Part shown: positions 24,501-36,189 of the stretch, piece by piece
Layout of the letters: the number at the start of each line of letters is the position of its first letter
Position numbering within the stretch: the first letter of the stretch is position 1
DNA from: Polymyxa betae A26-41
Lineage: Eukaryota; Protista; Endomyxa: Phytomyxea
Assembly (NCBI GenBank): GCA_003693705.1
Contig: RBZT01000721.1
Span: 62,001 to 126,000, forward strand
Reading direction: 5' to 3'
DNA length: 64,000 nucleotides
The notes under the pieces: generated by a model
What the model was told of the DNA's origin: nothing
Seen by the model: only the letters and a program-made list of their open reading frames with translations
The model's database searches: none
Program-made: the position numbers and the translations under genes

Positions 24501-24662
24501 TCTCCCTGTGGATTTCAGTGTCCCAGGAGGGGAATTAACTCCCTCATTAAAAGTCTGCCGACCCGCGTCAGTCTGATCACCTTCACTAATCATGGCATAC
24601 TTATTCTCTTTAGAATAATTACTAAGTACAAGGACGTGATTGAGCAAATGTTTAAGGAATGA
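21542..24662 (+). CDS. Long-chain fatty acyl-CoA synthetase (ACSBG/bubblegum-like), many introns
   Basis: IVGFNRPEW, IYTSGTTGPPKA, SYLPLSHIAAQ, ARPDALKG, ELYGMSECAG, GRIKELII, AGGENIAPVPVE, DFSVPGGELTPSLK. Confidence 0.92.
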
Positions 24663-24739
24663 TAAGCAATTGTTTCACTTTGGAAAATAGATAATGGCTT
24701 TGAACACGAGTTTTATAGTTAAAATGAAGTTGACTTTTG

Positions 24740-27322
24740 CTAAGAGGTTGGTTCTACTGGAGTATTAGACGCTCTTCGAGAGGTCGAAATTATGAAGACG
24801 TGTTTGGCAGTGACGTTGTAGTAACCTGTATGGTACCGGATCTCGTAGACACCTACTGATTTGGGCATTTTCTCAATTGGGAATTCGATGTCACCACAGC
24901 AGGTTTCTGTGTTCGGTACGAACACCCAGCGTCCCCTGGACAAACCTGGGGCAGATTCCACATCTGCTTTATATATTCCAACCCAGTCGGATTCAGGGTG
25001 CGGACCGTTAGTTCTCCACGAGCATCTAAGAGACGTATTGAGCGGGATGGCCTCTGGGCAGGAAATCCAAGATGAAGTATTGGACGAATTTTTTGAAAAC
25101 TGCCGATTGGCTAGACGTTTGTAGATCATGAATATTTCTTGAATCGCACGTTCTTCAATACGTTCGGCTTCAGAAACAAGCTGGTCGGATAGCTGATCCC
25201 GAACAATATTCCGCAATAATGATCCAGCAGGTGTATGCTGAAACGAAGAATCAGCCAACTGAGCCAAGACAAGAGAAGCTGCCTTACCTGACGTATCATC
25301 CCGGAATATATCTTCTCCATATGTGGAACTTCAACGACTTTGATGAAAACAAAATTCAGTGCTTGGGCTGTCAGTGCTAGCCAGAAGACGGTCCATGATT
25401 GAGTTATCAACGCAAGACCATGCAAACCAGCATATCCTGTAACGCATTCTGGATTGTTCAGGAAACGATATATTCCCCTTTTTTGACACGTTACTGGGTG
25501 CTGATGAACGTGAGCGACAACTAAGACATACATATATCGGGTTTGAAATTTGTAGAACTCTCTCGGTATAAAGAAATCTCCATAAAATGTACCGAATTCG
25601 CCCAGAACTTGATATGACGAGACGGTACTGTAGGTTGTGACGAATATTAGAGCTAATCCACCTGTAATACTCGCAATCCAGCCAGCTGTCACTTCCGAGA
25701 ATGACTGTGGAATCCAGCATAGTCGGAACGCACAAGCTGTCTATACATGTAACGTTAAGCAATGGTAAGAATACATTTTCAGCTTGCCTTACAAAAGCAA
25801 CCAGATATGAAGTTCGGCTGGAATTATACAGTATCTTCCAATGACTACAGGTATATTAATGAAAAGTTGAGACAATATAAACATGCTTACGAAAAAGCAA
25901 TATGAAGTGAGAATCCTTGTGAAAGAAAATGCTCATTCCACCACCCGGTTTTACTGACAAAGATGTAAGAGTGATTCTGTTTCTGTATTTTTTCCCAACC
26001 TTTGGCGTCGAAGAAGTGTTCCAATGCTGATCCAATGAGCAAGCAGCCAGAACAGCGCATGAGCAACACAGGCTGTTCTTGAAGGCAGCAAACATGTTAC
26101 GGTGATCATATAACCAATAATAACAACAAGCGATAGGTCGTTAGGACGAAGGAGGTCAAGTCGAAGGAGCAAGATTGCATCGGATTTCCGAGGAAACAAC
26201 CCTTCGACAGGATCGTAAAGAATTGGATCGACTGAATCACTTGGATTTTCATGCGCTCCATCTGAACAGATTGAGTTTCAATGGTTGTCAAGAGAAGAAA
26301 GCCTACATATGCGGTCGATATGAGGGTTCTCAACAAAGACTAAAAACCCGATCTGCAGCATATGGGCTATCAGAGAGATAATAAGCACAGTGTCTACGAG
26401 TAAGAAGTTAGACAAAGTCAAAGCAAGGAGCAATAGCACGTTACATGACCGCGATAACAATGCCAATCCGTAATACAAGGCGTATCCAGCTGTGTACATT
26501 GGATGCGGCACTATAGCTACAAGATAGGTCAGAAACGGCAAGGTACGATAAAAGCATCGTACCAAAGATACCATCAAATGTTAGCTTTTGATCGAGAATG
26601 AAGAAGGTATCACCCCAGTACCAGCTGTAGTCTATAACGAAACTTCAAAACGGAGTTAAGAATGGTTGATTCCTACCTCCAATGCACCGATGAGCGTCAA
26701 CTTTTGCCCAGTAATTGAATGCAGCCAAAAGAATGCCAAGAAAGTATTGCAACATTTCAAGCAGGCCAAGATGTTGAGGTAAGGTCCAGCATTTGAGAAC
26801 CAGGATAATATATGATAAACCGTCGTTGCATAAAATGATATCAACAATAAATCGGAATGCCACCCAAGCATTAAAACAATCAGGGTATTTTGAGGGATCG
26901 AAATCCTTGATATGCGACATTCTCCCGCGAATAATCCACAAAATCGCCTTCGAAGTTTTGGACTCTCGGTTCTGAAGATGTTTCGTAATGAATTTCGTAA
27001 TGGAGCGATAGTTGCTTTGATAATGGAGAGCGACCCCCAAGCCAATATTATACGACAAACGGAAGAAAGCGAAAATCGCAATCGCAACAGCAGTTGACGT
27101 CGGGATAAGGAAAGCAGATACAGTATTGACCAGCATCATCAAGACAACAATGAGTGTAGGCCCGGACCAAAGAAACGGCGACGTCAACGAATCATATACC
27201 GACAGGGTGGGTGGCACCTCGAACGTGTTCTTCTGGTCATCGAACCCGCGCCTGAAGCCAGATTCGGATGCATCAGGGTCGGTTGAAAGCGGGGCGATTC
27301 GGCGCCGAAGTTCGGCCGTCAT
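24740..27322 (-). CDS. CHO2: Phosphatidylethanolamine N-methyltransferase, Cho2-type (two PEMT domains + C-terminal Ig-like domain)
   Basis: [98 protein letters not shown]. Confidence 0.88.
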
Positions 27323-27661
27323 TGTATAATATGACAATACCAAGTGAGCTACCTATCTAGTCATAAATCACAGCGAGATTCTTCGTCTGCGCACTGTTGC
27401 TACACTTAGGCGACAAAGAGTATTTGATAATTCAGCCTGACCAAGCTCTCGTTTCGTCGTTAACCGGCACGCGAACTATACATTGAAAGGTCCCAACTGG
27501 ATACAGTTTTGACCAATTATCGCGGTCACGTGATGCACAAGGAATTGCGAGTAAAAAAGCCATTAAAGGTGGAAAACAAAGGCGTGGGCGCTGGGGAGAC
27601 ACAATCAACACCTGCATGACGAGAAGAAGGAGTTCATAACAATGAAGGAGAGGTGACTAGA

Positions 27662-28012
27662 GGCGAAAGGGGAGAGGGCGTCACTAAGAACATGAACTGA
27701 CTTGAGACATGGCTGCTACCACATGACTTGTAACGTGGCCACAGTCATGATGTGGGGTCTGTGTAATCTGTATTGCTGATGACGTAGTATAGTCTCACAT
27801 TTGAGCTTTACAGTCGCTTAAGCAGGGGCGAAAGGGAAGAGGGCGTCAATATGAACATGAGTGACATGCGACATGGCTGCTACCACATGACTTGTAACGT
27901 GGCCACAGTCATGATGTGGGGTCTGTGTAATCTGTATTGCTGATGACTGAGGCAGTATAGTCTCTCATTTGAGCTTTACAGTCGCTTAGGTCGTCGAGAT
28001 CGCTTAAGCAGG
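27662..28012. repeat. Tandem duplication, period 165 bp, with a 78-bp identical core
   Basis: Copy 1 starts at 27662 and copy 2 at 27827; the core at 27706-27783 is identical to 27870-27947. Confidence 0.95.
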
Positions 28013-28016
28013 TGTG

Positions 28017-28574
28017 ATGGCTTCCAAGGACAGGCGAAAGTTTGGTACAGATCTTACCAATCTCGTCCAAAATCCGAAGGCCAAGAAGCGGCTCAGTGAG
28101 TGATGCCTGTGACTTCGTCGTGGATTTACTGATGATGTGATTTAGCTAGGAAAGCAAGCCAAGTGAAAGACGCTGAAGACATTACGTCATCTAGGCCGAG
28201 TCCGAAATCTAGCCTTGCAAAAAGAATCGCAGCCAAGTTGAAAAAGCCTGCTGGAAGCGCACGTGATAGTCGTAAGCACCTCTCATTGGATGCCAATATC
28301 ACTGCTGAATATAATATTAGATCACAGTGCCAATCGTTTAGTTCAGCTGAGCTTGGACGACGCCAGGCCGACAAATCGAAATGTTCAGCCTTCGTCCAAG
28401 AACCAAGCGGAATTGCCCTATGTGAAAATTCGAACCTATTCGAAGAAGCCGGGAAAGCAATGGGCGTATGTAGAAAGCTCGAACAAGCATGTATCGTTCG
28501 TAAACGAGCCTCTTGATATTGAAGCATGGCTGAACAAGGACAAGGAGAACAAAAGACGTAGCAAGAAATTGTAA
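28017..28574 (+). CDS. Small basic protein with N-terminal D-box-like motif, 2 introns
   Basis: MASKDRRKFGTDLTNLVQNPKAKKR; GTGAGT and GTAAGC donors link the 28163 and 28263 ORFs. Confidence 0.55.
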
Positions 28575-28902
28575 AGTGTATTACACTCTCGATCTATTCT
28601 GGCACATGGGATCGTAACGTCTGAGGAAGTGACATCTGATTGCTTTAAGCGATGCCCATTCGATTCGGACAAGCACTTGGCATTTCAGTCGTAGAACGCA
28701 AATCAAATATTTAGATCAAGAGTTTACTGTTGTCAAATACCGCTGTTGTATTGACATAGTCTGCAGTTCAAACCTCTGTTTGCCGAGCACCCGAGCACAT
28801 TACCATTCAAACTAACGCAAAATCATCAGTAACAATTTTAGTTGTTATTCACATAATCGCCATGAGCGAAAGACAGTAGGTAGGCTGATTGCGAAATCGT
28901 AT

Positions 28903-29400
28903 AGTAGTACTAGTAGGTGAGCGATCCGCTGAGGAATTGGGGAGTTCTCTCCCCCTCCATACAGTTAAATCCCTCTTTTTTCTCAAAAAGAAACTCCCAA
29001 AAAATCCCCAAAAAATCCAAAAAACCCCACACCGATATAAAAAATCGATTCTCAAAAATATCATAAAAACTATTTAAAAATAAAACCTAAAATAACCCAA
29101 TGATAATCACCAATAAACCGATTTATCAAACCCAGATATTCAGCGAATAATTCAGAAATCAAAGTATAAATGTCTCCAATGTAATTTTCACTCGTGGCAC
29201 AAACGCAGTTGAAAATTTCATCTTCAAACAGAAAACCATAAAATCAATAGCGACCCAGAAACCAAATTAAAACACGAATTACGATTGACTTGCCAAAAAT
29301 GTAATTATACAGCAAGAGACAATTGCGGTTTCCAGCGACATTTATTCACAAGAAAACACAATAATAACCCCAAACTGATATAAAAAATTCATTCATCATT
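28903..29400 (+). mobile_element. AT-rich foreign segment: AGTAGT-type terminus plus a tandem C2H2 zinc-finger pseudogene (Polinton/virus-like relic)
   Basis: AGTAGTACTAGTAG at 28903; abrupt switch to an A/C-rich, G-poor strand; intronless YKCLQCNF...*KFHLQTENH and TCQKCNYTARDNCGFQRHLFTRKH at 29162-29383 with an in-frame TGA. Confidence 0.5.
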
Positions 29401-29989
29401 GATATCACCAAAAAAAAAAACACAAACCTTCTGAACCCAGAATTGAAACCCAGACCAAACGCAGAACAAACCCAATACAATACCAATCATGCGTCATATC
29501 ACGTTCCCCATCTGAATCAACAAATTATCACCTTTCGCTACATCCCCAGTTGAATCATCATTTAAACCAGCATCATCATCATCGGCATCCAATCGTCGTC
29601 TCTAATAAAAATTATAATGGTTAGAGATATAACATTCAAATACTATATTGTGTACAGGCCACGTTCGTTTATTACTGCAACAAACCAACGCTCTTGAAAA
29701 AAATGCAACTACAGGCTCTATAAAACCGATTATCAGAATATATGTTCAATCTAATCGATAGAATAACCTTTATAGTGAAGCTTGAACTGAGGGAACTGCA
29801 GAGTCTGCAACACGAACGGCAAACTGCCTTTATGAGTCAAGGCATAAGACATGGCGATCTTCGCCCTCTACCAGCATGTAGTTGTTGGCGAAAGTGATTA
29901 TCGCCCGTCCACCATATAGATAGGTACGGGTGTGCTTCCGGGTAAGCAGATTAGGCGGTACCCATCAGGCCACTCAATCCTCTCGCTCA

Positions 29990-30580
29990 GCACATCGAGA
30001 CAGGCGGCTGTTCGCGTTGGTTGCGACGGAGTTGCTATCTGGACTCGGCGAACGTGTACTTGGACTGAACGTCGCGGTACAGAAGCTGGCGCGCAGATGG
30101 GTCGTCGTCAAAGAGCTTGAAGAACGCTGTCAGCTTCGTGTCCGGATGGCCGTTCTGAACCAGACGTCGGAGCGACTCTGGATTGTCGGGGTCGAACGAA
30201 ACGCGTTGCTGTCCATCAAGGTGAACAGGGAGGCGATCGACACTTGGGCTGTGCCATCGCATCTTGAAACTCAGCAGTCGGTACACGGCCTCGATGACCG
30301 AGACATAGCGCGCGTTGATAAAGTCGTCAATCTCACTGACGACCTGCTCTCCATCGGCGACTATGGCGGACCCTCGCACGCGATTGCTCGCAGGATAAGG
30401 AGTGTCGAACCGGTGGCCCAGGTCGATGCCGAACGTCGCCATGTCGTGGCCCTTGTGCACATACTTGAACAGGTACTTGACCGAGCTCAGTGAGAAACAG
30501 CACTCGACATTAACGTGCGTGTCTTCTGTCCGGGATAACCAAGGACTGTATGTACGTGATGTTGGACCTGGGTGGCTGGA
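29990..30580 (-). mobile_element. Helitron Rep/helicase internal fragment
   Basis: YSPWLSR...HVNVECC..SSVKYLFKYVHKGHD, EIDDFINARYVSVIEAVYRLLSF, PSVDRLPVHLDGQQRV, TKLTAFF, ARQLLYRD; truncated at both ends. Confidence 0.92.
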
Positions 30581-30899
30581 ACGAACGCCCGTCGTCCCGC
30601 CTGCGGTAACTCGGGAACGAACCCTCGTGGATACAGCTTTGCCTATATCGGACTGAAGGTTCAACGTGCGTTTTTAGTAACCTCGTTCGTCTCGTCTCGT
30701 CTTCTAGCATCCTTCTCTTCTATCTCTCCCTTTCAATTATCCCTTATCTTCTCTTTATTTCTTATCTATCTCTTTGCTTGCGTTAGTTCATAACATCAAG
30801 CAATGGGGAAGGAACCGTACTTGAGCTGCCAGATTGATATACAAAGTGAGCCCACTTTTTATTTGTATTTAGATGATGCAATCCTCTTCAATATGTCTT

Positions 30900-32700
30900 T
30901 ATCTATTTGCTTCTCATTGGCCTAGGTGTCGTTGCACCAGAAAACCTGTCAGCATTGCGAGATCTCTCGTGGTCTTGCAAGGCCGCTGTTTCGAAGGATG
31001 TTCTGCATCCGCTGCCATTCTCTGATTGATCGCGTGAACAGATTGAAATCGACGCTAGAGTGTGTCCTAAAGCTGAACGTAACACGACCGCCATAGTTTC
31101 TGGCAGGCCTTTTAACATGCTGGGAATGACATCCCGCTCGATCCAGTGTCATAATCGGTGCCCCGCCGCAGCGGACCAGTAGCAGTAGGAGTTCACCTCG
31201 ATAGTTTATCTAACCAGTGTGTGACTGGAATCTGCTGATAAAGAAAGCCCTGGAAGGACGAACTGATCTTCAGTTCGTTCAACACACGCTTGAACCGAAT
31301 CTTGTCTTGCATTCGTAACCTTCCCTTGTCCCTGTCTCAAGTCTTAGTCCCCGTCCCTGCGCTTCCATCTATCCCTATCTATTGGTCGCTCGGTTCTTGA
31401 CATCCAGACGATGACATACGCCCGACAGCTTTCTATCGAGGTCAGAGATAGCAGCTGATCTGAAACTGGCTTCAGCTGAGTCAACGGCTTTTGACAATAT
31501 TGTGCCAGCATCCAGAACTTAGCAGCAAGGCCTACATTGCCTGTAGGCTGGAACCACCCTTCTTCTATTAGTAGACGCCCCAAAGTTATCAGTCTGGAAC
31601 GAATACTTTCTTGATCCGGTGCAGATAGGACCCATAGCACGAAGAATCCAACGTCCTCATCTATCACTCCACCGAAGCGTGATGGTCTAGATTCGAGAAC
31701 CTGTTCAGGTTCTAGAGCAGCAAAGGTCAGAGGCTTCAGAGCTTGGATCAAAACGGAAAACAGTGAGATCCATTGCTGGATGCGGTCTTCCATCATGAGA
31801 ACGAATTTCCGCCTGGTGAGAAATGATCCGAGAAGCGCAAAGTCTCGTTGCACTGATTTATTTGCAGGTCACCCCGAAGACGAATGTACCTGATCGAGCG
31901 GCGGTATATATTATATACCGCCAAAAAGCCTGATTTTTAGACAATCATAACGACTAATCTAATAAATTGATGACACTGAAATTTTGCACCAATATTTTTT
32001 ATGAGATATTTTAGCCATGGCCAATTTACCTGGCATTCATTGCTAAGGTGCCTCTAATTACTAAAGTGCGTTGGCTGATTCTGACGTAATTGCTGACCTG
32101 GACTCTTTTTTCATTGATGACTTGGCTGGGGATGAATAGGTTGATCGGGGTATGCTTCTGAGACCAAAATGGACCTTCATGAAATTTTCTCTATCCAGCG
32201 GCGCCGCGTACAAATGTGCGTGGGTAAATTGAGCTAAAATGGTCATTATCAACAGAGTTTCTAATAGCAACCCTAAACATTTTTTGTGCGACTTTTGGTA
32301 TACCTCGATAGGAAATTTCCTGTTCTTCATTCTGTTGTTAGAAAATTTCTCCGTAAACCCAATATTTTTCGAATTACGCTCAAAAATTCGTTGTGGTATA
32401 GAGTAAATATACCAGCACGGAGTCCGATCAGGGTTAACATAGAGGAAAATGACTTGCGTATTCTATTAGGAGAGGCTTTGAGCAATGATTTAGGAACGCA
32501 AGTCCAGGCGATCATGTACGATTAGAAGTTTTCCTGTCATTTCTATGTACAGAGAATTGTTGTTAATCAAGCAATTCATCAAAAATGCAACATTGGATAA
32601 GTGTTTGCTTCCATTGCGGTTGACATTCTGAATTGGTTCTCTGCGCGTTGGGATACTGGTCAAGATCTAGGCATCACGAAGTTATCAATGCAATGTATTA
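30900..32700. pseudogene. Decayed coding/transposon-like sequence of unknown family
   Basis: Broken intronless ORFs (31344-31853, 32061-32515) with no coherent gene model, adjacent to the Helitron fragment. Confidence 0.3.
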
Positions 32701-32918
32701 GGGAGGCGGTGCCTGATTGTTTAACTTATTGGAATTACTATAAAATGGTTTCTTAGATATCACCAAACATAAAAACATCTGAAATTTGGTTACGTTTGAA
32801 ACTAGGCGAAAATAATCGAAAAGTTTTCCGTGTTTATTTCAGACCCCATAGAACGGTATCCGACACATCGAGAGAAACAGGTTGGTGGCATTTCTCGTCG
32901 TTGATACAAGCTATCAAT

Positions 32919-33687
<769 letters not shown>

Positions 33688-33740
33688 ATCGAGTTTTGTC
33701 GTATGGCTTTAATACAAAACCTTGTGAGCAGGCTTTATTT

Positions 33741-34203
33741 CTAATCGGAACTGTCCTGGGCGCTGGCTGGCGTACGCCTTCTTCTCATCCTTCTTGCTGA
33801 ATCTGGAACATTACTGACCGGCTGCAGAGCAGCTTCTTGTAATCGGGTCGCTCGCTTGCTAAATCGAGCTGCGGCCGGCGTCGAGCTTAGCGCTTGTTTC
33901 TTACTTGCAGGCGATGATCCTGATTTCGCATCCGCATGTCTAAAAAGAACAGTTAAAAATCAGTTCAAAAGAAAGAAAAAAGACGAACCGCTTTAGGGCG
34001 GATCGTTCGAGCTCCTTCTCGCGACGAATCTTTAAAGAGCGGACGAGCATGTGAGTGGCGTCGGTCTCGACGAGAACCGGCGGTTCGTCGCTGATCTGGA
34101 TCTGTTTAGGACAATGGTTGATGAGGAGGACGGCGGGTCCATGGACGCCGCCTGATAGCAGCAGACCAGATGATGGCAGATCGCTGAGCATGGACCGTGA
34201 CAT
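33741..34203 (-). CDS. DDA1-like small protein, 1 intron
   Basis: MLSDLPS...PAV...VLVETDATHMLVRSL resembles DDA1 LxDLPS...QVIxTExxNILIR. Confidence 0.5.
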
Positions 34204-34288
34204 GATGTGATAGAGAGAGAGGGAATGATCTGACCCGAAGGTCTTGCCGACTTCACTTCCTCGGCAAACTACAAATGTCGCCGCACAC

Positions 34289-35500
34289 AGCATTAGGCGA
34301 ATTCGGATCTAAAGCAGGCAAGATATCTTGTGTCGTTTAAATCCGATTAATAATCGATATTGAAACAGTAAGCGGTTTTTAGGTTCGCAAGTAAAGCAAA
34401 GGATGGTTCGGGCTGGCGAATTGCTAACGTGTTGATAATTCGCTGATGTTGAGGCTTTCAATATAATCGATGGTTGCTGTTTGCCAAACCATGTCAAGGA
34501 CTCTATTTCAGCCGAAAATAAAAACGCGTCAGAGCATTCCGGTTTTCTGGTGCGCGGGCATCAAGCCAGATCAACAGCGATCTGTCTCCACGAAGTTTTT
34601 TGGATTTAATCACAGCCTGAAAGTCGGCGAAAACTGAGGACGGCATTCCTCCTCATTCTGCAGAGATGATGAAGAGTTGGGCCGCTTTTTGAAGGCAAAT
34701 CGCTGCTCCTCTTGACCACTTCGTCGAGCAAACCCTATCAAAATGGGATTGCAGAAAAATATGAAGACTGGGTAAGCAATCAGCATGGAGCAGCGCTTGT
34801 CGAATAAACGCTTGTATTGATACCTTGATGAGCACAGCGCGCGCTGTCATTCTTTCGCTTTCTGAAGACCCCAATTCATCAAACAATATGTTTGATAATA
34901 AAAAGCACTGACAGATTCTAAGTGACCTGAATTGCAATGATAACGTACACAGAAGCCGTTGCGCACCTCGTTTCGTTTTGCAATACAATGACAATTAGCA
35001 TTGTCTTTTCCGGAAACTATCAAGCAAGATTGCTAACGAATCTGCAGACTGCTAAGCGAATTGCACTTTTGAACAGGGAATATCATTAGAGCTTGCAAAA
35101 ACTGTTTGGTCGAACATAGATCATCTCCGAGACTGTCCTGAGGGATCTTCTCTCCAGTTTCTGTTGGGATCCAGCCGCTCAGAAAGCAAGCTGTATGGAC
35201 CGGCAGCTTCTCATCGTCACAACAATTGGCGCTCTCTCTTTACAGAAATTTCTAAATAGATATGTCTACTAAATATCTATACTCATTGAAATGTTTCAAG
35301 AGCGAAGGTGTAAAATTTCTCAGAAGTTAAGGAATTATTGGCTGCAAAAATCTTGCCTTTACCAAAACTGCACGGTTAGAATACGGCCAAGGAATCCAAA
35401 AGACTTTACGAACAATCAATTTGAATTCACTTATACACTTATTAGAATGGGTATAAAAACAGCAAGGGATTTCTTCATCATGTCTGAAAATGGAAACAGC
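34289..35500 (-). CDS. Hypothetical multi-exon protein
   Basis: Several open, protein-like segments bounded by GT/AG (e.g. DDEKLPVHTACFLSGW..., DELGSSESERMTARAVLIK...); boundaries uncertain. Confidence 0.35.
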
Positions 35501-35635
35501 AAGAGGTGATTCAGTATTGACAAGACAGAGGATAAACCAAAAGGCGAGACAGTCAAGCTTTCTATCTCAGTTGGATTTTCAAAATTGTTTTGTAATTCCG
35601 CACCAAAGCGCATCGCACCTATCAGTCTTTCCAGC

Positions 35636-35959
35636 ATGTCAACGACGCTGGCAAAGGGCGCTCTGCTCAGCATTGACGCCCTGCGTCGCAATCTCGTCAA
35701 CGAGGCTCGTAAAAAGATCTTCGGCACTGTGATTTCGGTGGACAATACACGTACCGGGCGCAAGCAGCTTCGTGCTGCTTTGAAAGGTCCTGGAGCTGCA
35801 GGCCACTACCCATTTCTGTACCATCATGGGTTCGACAAGCTCTACGAAGATGAAGCCGCGTTACGCCGACTGACGAAACTGGAAGCATTACGAAAACGAG
35901 GCAAAGGTCCACCCAAGAAAGGCCAAGGACGACGGTCGTCGAAGTCGAAGAAGAAATAG
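35636..35959 (+). CDS. MRPS33: Mitochondrial ribosomal protein mS33 (Rsm27/MRPS33)
   Basis: ARKKIFG..NTRTGRKQLRAALKGP..HYP; RKRGKGPPKKGQGRRS. Confidence 0.9.
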   Translation: MSTTLAKGALLSIDALRRNLVNEARKKIFGTVISVDNTRTGRKQLRAALKGPGAAGHYPFLYHHGFDKLYEDEAALRRLTKLEALRKRGKGPPKKGQGRRSSKSKKK

Positions 35960-36189
35960 TCGTATGAATAGCACTCTCATTGTCGAACAACCAGTGTATG
36001 TTTGTCCCTGCTTCAGTATCTCGCTCTCTCTACTTCCTATGTAGCATGTTGGGTCTGTCCTCTTAGACTGTCTAATGGGCCGTCATCAGTCGATTTTCGT
36101 TACACAATAAGGGGTGAACACTGCAGCAAAGTCATGAGGGTGTTTTCTTTGTATAATCACAAAGTTTTTTGTCCTCTGTTCGAGGAGCA

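Noticed and set aside
27783-27796. Minus-strand AGACTATACT resembling the U3 snoRNA 5' end
   Set aside because: Box A (GGAUCAUUUCU) and the other U3 boxes are absent.
29210-29212. In-frame TGA as genetic-code reassignment or selenocysteine
   Set aside because: TGG is used in the same frame, there is no start codon, and host genes use TGA as stop; pseudogenisation is simpler.
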